Shown here piece after piece: positions 59,338 to 64,000 of a DNA stretch of 64,000 bases; position 1 is the first letter of the stretch; every line of letters begins with the position of its first letter. The DNA comes from an uncultured Chthonomonadaceae bacterium. GTDB lineage: Bacteria; Armatimonadota; Chthonomonadetes; Chthonomonadales; Chthonomonadaceae. Below the pieces are notes generated by a model. The model did no database searches. It had not been told where the DNA came from and was given only the letters and a program-made list of their open reading frames with translations. The stretch is from NCBI GenBank assembly GCA_963835065.1, contig CAWIEK010000045.1:64001-128000 (forward strand), in the 5' to 3' direction. A program made the translations under genes and the position numbers.

Positions 59338-60138
59338 ATGTCAGCGACACGAGGCTATTATAGTGTCATGCAATACTGTCCCGATGCCTCGCGTTTGGAA
59401 GCCGCCAATGTCGGCGTCGTCCTGTTTTGCCCGGAACGTCACTTCTTACAGGTAAAAGTGGTAGAGGGCAATGACCGTATCGCCCGGTTCTTTGGACGCG
59501 CCAGTTTCGACGCGGAGCGGGTAAACGACGCCAAACAAGCTATTGTAGACCGCCTGCATACAGAGCGTGAGCAGTTTCGCACTCTGGAGGACTGGACGCA
59601 GTTTGTCGAGACGCGCGCCAATGCCATTCGGCTTACTCCCCCGCGCCCCTTGAAGGTCGTAGAGCCGGTGACTGATCTGGAGCGCCTTTTCGACAAGTTG
59701 GTAGGCGCGCGGCAGCCCCAGGCGAGTCCGGGCACAGGACACTTGCGAACAGAACTCCGCAAGCTATTCAGCCGTCCTGACTTAAAGAACAAGATTTTGA
59801 AGAACGAGCAGGTACGGGTTCCTGTCACCGGAACCGTGCTGCAAGCGCCGTATGCCTTTAGAAATGGGGTGCTGAACCTTGTGCGCCCACTGACAATGAC
59901 AGCAAACACAATGACTGAGGCGACCAAACTTGTCGTAGACGGAAATCTGCTGAATAAGCATCCGCAGGATATGCAGGAGCCTGCCAAACTGCTGATTGCC
60001 ATTGCCGCGCCTGAAAGCGCAGAAAGCAGAAAACAGCGGGAAACCTTGGAGCGACTGTTTGCAGATTACAATGTGACTTCTTACCGCGAGGAGCAATTGG
60101 ACGAGTTAGCCGAATATGTAAAGACTGCTGCTCACTGA
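59338..60138 (+). CDS. DUF3037 domain protein
   Basis: YYSVMQYCPD.SRLEAANVGVVL N-terminal signature; AGGAG SD; follows HipA-like gene. Confidence 0.85.
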   Translation: MSATRGYYSVMQYCPDASRLEAANVGVVLFCPERHFLQVKVVEGNDRIARFFGRASFDAERVNDAKQAIVDRLHTEREQFRTLEDWTQFVETRANAIRLTPPRPLKVVEPVTDLERLFDKLVGARQPQASPGTGHLRTELRKLFSRPDLKNKILKNEQVRVPVTGTVLQAPYAFRNGVLNLVRPLTMTANTMTEATKLVVDGNLLNKHPQDMQEPAKLLIAIAAPESAESRKQRETLERLFADYNVTSYREEQLDELAEYVKTAAH

Positions 60139-60168
60139 CGGCAACCAGCGCGCTTCACTGCAATACCC

Positions 60169-60196
60169 AAAACCCGCTAATCATCAGGCGGGTTTT
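60169..60196. terminator. intrinsic terminator-like hairpin
   Basis: aaaacccgc..gcgggtttt. Confidence 0.65.
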
Positions 60197-60420
60197 CCAT
60201 TTTCCTGCCGCCCACAGAAGGAAAACACCGCCCGTCCGCCGAACTCTGAGCAAACACACATCACCCTGCAGGAGCCGCCGCACAGGGCGTTGGGCGCATA
60301 AGTCAGGACGATTTGCCACCGCTGAACATAGCGGCGGACGGGACGGCTTTTGCGCAGGCTGGTGATGCGGTACATGGTGAATCCTTTCATGGGTTGAACA
60401 GGAGACAAGGCGAGACAACG

Positions 60421-60669
60421 ATGCCATTTACCATAGAGACAGCAGTAGACGCAGGTCGCTTAGGGGGACAAAGCGCGACAGGCGACAAGAAACGACAGGC
60501 GGGTCAGAAAGGCGGGGCTGCCAGGTCAGAAATCAAGGCAATCACCAGCGCGGAGAACGGCGCGAAGGGCGGGCGTCCGGCCACCAAGCCCTGTACGTGT
60601 GGCGCAGGCATAGGAGAAAAGCACAAGCGTCCCTGCGCATGGGCGCGACGCAAGCCGAAGGAGGATTGA
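60421..60669 (+). CDS. small basic protein with GxKGG repeats and CxC..HxxxC tail
   Basis: GRLGG, GQKGG, ENGAKGGRP, CTCG...HKRPC. Confidence 0.65.
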   Translation: MPFTIETAVDAGRLGGQSATGDKKRQAGQKGGAARSEIKAITSAENGAKGGRPATKPCTCGAGIGEKHKRPCAWARRKPKED

Positions 60670-60670
60670 T

Positions 60671-61183
60671 ATGGAGGGTCTTGTCATTGGCGTTGTCTTC
60701 GTCTTTATTTTATTTCTTGTCGGATTGAAACGTAGTACGCCATCCGCAAAAGCAATAAAGGCGCGTGACCTGGTTTCTTTCTCCACATCGTTAGCACAAC
60801 CAGAAGTATTCAAGGCCATACTGTCTTTCGCGCAAACCTCCGGCCTGAATATCGAAAGTATGGAGGAAGCACAAGGCGAAATTGTGTTAGGCGAGAACCT
60901 TAGTCTTCTCAAAAATCATAACGGCTATTGGTTGCCTATCTACCTGTCTTCTGATGTGCAAGGCAACACCCTTGTCGAAATGGCGATCCAGTCCAAAGCA
61001 TATCAGGCGGGTTTCATGCTGCGCAAGATTCGCGATAATGCGCTGAACAATTTGAAAGCCAGCATCATTCTACAAGGGGGAACAATGGGAACAAAGACTT
61101 ATCAGCAAACACCTCCCGAATCTGCCTTTGTCGAAACTTCATCACAGCCAGCAGTAAAGATCACAATGGCGCGTAAACGCTGA
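60671..61183 (+). CDS. hypothetical single-TM protein
   Basis: GGAGG SD, N-terminal hydrophobic helix, 170 aa. Confidence 0.7.
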   Translation: MEGLVIGVVFVFILFLVGLKRSTPSAKAIKARDLVSFSTSLAQPEVFKAILSFAQTSGLNIESMEEAQGEIVLGENLSLLKNHNGYWLPIYLSSDVQGNTLVEMAIQSKAYQAGFMLRKIRDNALNNLKASIILQGGTMGTKTYQQTPPESAFVETSSQPAVKITMARKR

Positions 61184-61448
61184 GAACTTAACCGCGAAGC
61201 GTCCCAAAGCCCACAAAGACCGAGCCGCCCACATCTGGTGTGAGAACGCGACCCTGCTCACAGGAACCCTCTGGCACTACATCAAGGTTCCCCAGGCCGA
61301 CTTTGAACGGCTGCAGCCCTACACCTGCGCCGAACTCGAAGTCCTCGCGCCCGCATCTTTGAATTTCAAATAGCTACTATACCGTGTTGACAATCTTTCT
61401 ACGAAGCAACATTTATGCGCCTGCTGACGCCTTGCCCATCAAGAGGCT

Positions 61449-62510
61449 GTGTCTATGTCAAACACAGAGAACGAACAAACAACCTATTCCGTCGTCACTG
61501 TTTCCGAAGAAGACTGGCATGAGTTCAATTTTGATTGGGACAGACCTGATGAACTTCACTCCCCTTACAACTACCTTGCTGACCTTCATGACCTGCTGCT
61601 ACGCGAGTACCACACTCTGCACGGCTTGAAACTGCCCCGCAACTACCATTTTTTAGACGTGATCGCCGCGCATGAGAGTTTACGCGCCGTTATGCCTGAC
61701 AATGACGGTTGGTGGTGGAATTCTCGTGATCAAGCAATGGTGCGCCTGCACACCGCCATAACACGAGAATTTGGCTCTGAATTTCGCGCTTCCTATCAGG
61801 ATAGTCCCATGCCTACACGCCCGCGTACCAGAACCACTGACTACGAGCCAACACTACAAGAAGTTGAATACGAGATTATCAAACGCTCGCAACCCTACGC
61901 CCTGCGCAACCATGCCGCGCCGCTGTTCCAAAACGCCATTGCTCAGGCTGAACGCGATCTCAAACAAACCTACAGCAATGAGAACGACCGATTAGATCAA
62001 GGATTGGACGAACATCTGGAAGAACAACAGACGAGGCATGAATGGGGGTATGTCCCTGCTTATTATGAGACCGAAGAGGCTTATCAAGAAGCGCAGGAAC
62101 AGGAGCAACAGCAACGTTTCGAGGAAGAACTGTTCAGAACGCGCAAATGGGAGTATGCTCACTTACGCCTGCACTGGCTGCGCGAAACACAGGCGCAGGT
62201 TATGCAACTTGTCGCCGCTGCGAAAAAGCAGGTTTACATCAGGACGTTTCGAGGACTCATCAAGCCTGAAGATGTACTGAATGCCGCCGACGCTCTGCTA
62301 AAACTGCCCCCTTCAAAGTATAGCGCCACAGAACCTGATGTGCGGCTTGGCGCATGGTACGCCGGAATGCTATATACGTGCGGCGCAACCGATAAAGATT
62401 TGGCCGATGTGCTTGACAGCTACTGTGATTGGGCTTCGCTCGTCAAGAAGATACGCCAGAATAATACAAATGACGTAATACACAGACAAAGCAATCTGCA
62501 AATCACATGA
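61449..62510 (+). CDS. hypothetical acidic helical protein
   Basis: 353 aa ORF, GAGG SD, protein-like composition. Confidence 0.7.
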   Translation: MSMSNTENEQTTYSVVTVSEEDWHEFNFDWDRPDELHSPYNYLADLHDLLLREYHTLHGLKLPRNYHFLDVIAAHESLRAVMPDNDGWWWNSRDQAMVRLHTAITREFGSEFRASYQDSPMPTRPRTRTTDYEPTLQEVEYEIIKRSQPYALRNHAAPLFQNAIAQAERDLKQTYSNENDRLDQGLDEHLEEQQTRHEWGYVPAYYETEEAYQEAQEQEQQQRFEEELFRTRKWEYAHLRLHWLRETQAQVMQLVAAAKKQVYIRTFRGLIKPEDVLNAADALLKLPPSKYSATEPDVRLGAWYAGMLYTCGATDKDLADVLDSYCDWASLVKKIRQNNTNDVIHRQSNLQIT

Positions 62511-62702
62511 TTGCCTGCTGAAAAATTCAAAAAAGCGAATTTTCAAAGAATTCAGTGTGCCCCTTGTGGTTGGACTATACTACAAATGTAGCCAGCGATG
62601 AGGGGCTTTTAAGTGTAACACGAACACGAACGCGCCCCATGAAATATGGCACAAATGGCCGCCAGCCAGCCTTTCCCGATAGTCTTGTCACCCACCGGTG
62701 GC

Positions 62703-62751
62703 AATGACAACAAAGCCCCTGCGAGCCTGGCGGCCCGCAGGGGCTTTGTCA
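62703..62751. terminator. strong hairpin upstream of the 62823 gene
   Basis: acaaagcccctgcg..cgcaggggctttgt. Confidence 0.5.
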
Positions 62752-62822
62752 TTTCTACTAGGTTAGCAGACGGAACCGACACGTTGGGGAACGGGGCGCG
62801 GTTCCATCTGTAAGGAGTACCC

Positions 62823-63371
62823 ATGTCTGGTGAGAGTATACCCCGAATTGAGCCAGGTTCCAGAGCCTACAACCGCAAACTGTCCCGGCTTTTAGAAGAT
62901 GTCAAAACAGAAACCGATGGATGGAAAGCTAAATGCCCGTTTTGCGCAAACAACACGCTGTACTTGCCGCATGAGGGAGGAGCCTATTGCAAGTCTGACA
63001 CCTGCGGCGGACAAGAACTTTACGAAACCATCTCCCAGTTGGTCGAAGATTACTTCCAGCAACCGAACCTGTTCACAGAGGCCGCAGTATCTGCCGTTTC
63101 CGAATGTCTGCTGCCCGCGCCGTATGCCGTGCCGGAACCTGACGAACCTGTGTTAACGGCTCGCGCTGTTCTGGAAGCCTTGCAGGTTCGCATGGTACAG
63201 GACTTGGACAAAGCGCGTGAAGCCATTCAGAAGCAGAAGTCCTATGAAGTCACCGGCTGGAACTACCGTGAACACCATCTGGAACACGCCCTGCTCGTCA
63301 TTGGCGAATACTGGGGCCGGGAACTGTGCAACCGGCTGGACTTGAAGCCCGCCGACAAAGCAACGCTGTAA
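62823..63371 (+). CDS. hypothetical protein with primase-like zinc ribbon
   Basis: AAGGAG SD; WKAKCPFC...YCKSDTCGG. Confidence 0.65.
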   Translation: MSGESIPRIEPGSRAYNRKLSRLLEDVKTETDGWKAKCPFCANNTLYLPHEGGAYCKSDTCGGQELYETISQLVEDYFQQPNLFTEAAVSAVSECLLPAPYAVPEPDEPVLTARAVLEALQVRMVQDLDKAREAIQKQKSYEVTGWNYREHHLEHALLVIGEYWGRELCNRLDLKPADKATL

Positions 63372-63640
63372 CCAACAAAGAGGGTTTAGGAAGTGCGTCA
63401 ACACTCCCTAAGCCCGGAACCGGGAAGAATAAGCAACCCCTGTCGATTCCTATTCTACACCATTGAAGAGAAGAGAGGAACCAGAAAATGTCTACTGTTG
63501 TGATTTATACCCGTTTCACCAGCAGGGAGAGTTCCACACATTAAATCAACCACAGAGAACGCTTGACGGTGTTCTTGTGGCTGTTGTTCGGCATGTTGGC
63601 CTCAACGTCGCAGTAGTGAAGCAGGACAAAAATAATACGA

Positions 63641-63679
63641 ACAGGAACCGGAAAGCGGAAAACGCTTTCCGGTTCCTGT
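63641..63679. terminator. perfect hairpin downstream of tRNA-Met
   Basis: acaggaaccggaaagcg-gaaaa-cgctttccggttcctgt. Confidence 0.55.
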
Positions 63680-63794
63680 GCATAGTAACTCTTGTACCGT
63701 GATATATCAGGTACAAGCAGATGCTTGAATGAGGATTAAAGCGGGTATGAATTCCCAACTCTAACCCTCATCAAATGTCAATAACTGTCAACAA

Positions 63795-63868
63795 TAGCGG
63801 AAGAGGGACTTGAACCCCCGACATTTCGGGTATGAACCGAACGCTCTAACCAACTGAGCTATTCCGCC
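63795..63868 (-). tRNA. elongator tRNA-Met (CAT), CCA not encoded
   Basis: GGCGGAATAGCTCAGTTGGTTAGAGCGTTCGGTTCATACCCGAAATGTCGGGGGTTCAAGTCCCTCTTCCGCTA cloverleaf. Confidence 0.93.
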
Positions 63869-63894
63869 AAATTTCCCCAATTTAGAATACCATT

Positions 63895-63923
63895 AATATA
63901 CCATGCGGGTAGTTGTTTGTCAA
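63895..63923 (-). promoter_or_regulatory. sigma70 promoter of tRNA-Met
   Basis: TTGACA-N17-TATATT. Confidence 0.8.
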
Positions 63924-64000
63924 GATGTGGATACATCGTTCTCCGGCAACATTGCTGAGGCGGGTGTCATGATTTGCAAAGCGCGGGGCGAAAGCGTAAA

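Noticed and set aside
63795..63868. tRNA-Ile2 (lysidine) assignment
   Set aside because: GGCGG acceptor stem and CGGTTCATACCCG anticodon arm resemble elongator tRNA-Met; not formally excluded without a covariance-model run

Overview
64 kb of GC-rich bacterial chromosome, most likely Armatimonadota (inferred from the DUF1559/H-X9-DG prepilin gene, N-terminally anchored ankyrin proteins and gene mix). Recognisable content: LOG-family protein, lnt, DsbD, SDR/AKR oxidoreductases, glycosyltransferases, a translin-like gene, a DUF1559-TPR-CRTAC1 cluster, tRNA-fMet, YhcG/DUF1016, S9 peptidase, ABC-F ATPase, a NoeA-like operon, pdhABC, a SigW-like ECF/anti-sigma operon, and an accessory segment (broken HipA-like kinase + DUF3037, orphan genes) ending at an elongator tRNA-Met. 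Most unusual observations: (1) a ~250 bp intergenic unit in three dispersed copies, each with an ECF-type promoter, SD + 8-codon ORF, a highly conserved pairing-capable core and a U-tract (candidate multicopy ncRNA); (2) an ECF sigma factor in frame with a transmembrane-free double GspF/PilC domain; (3) inverted pairs of 7-8 nt tandem arrays, with a different unit at nearly every site, at operon gene junctions; (4) an IS5/IS1031-like MITE family, one copy of which interrupts a HipA-like kinase that also appears to lack its catalytic core; (5) a repeated C-terminal LLR[AP]x3 motif in three membrane proteins. Many genes carry single-base frameshifts that look like consensus errors, so fusion and split calls need read-level checks. 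All calls come from reading the sequence; no searches were run.
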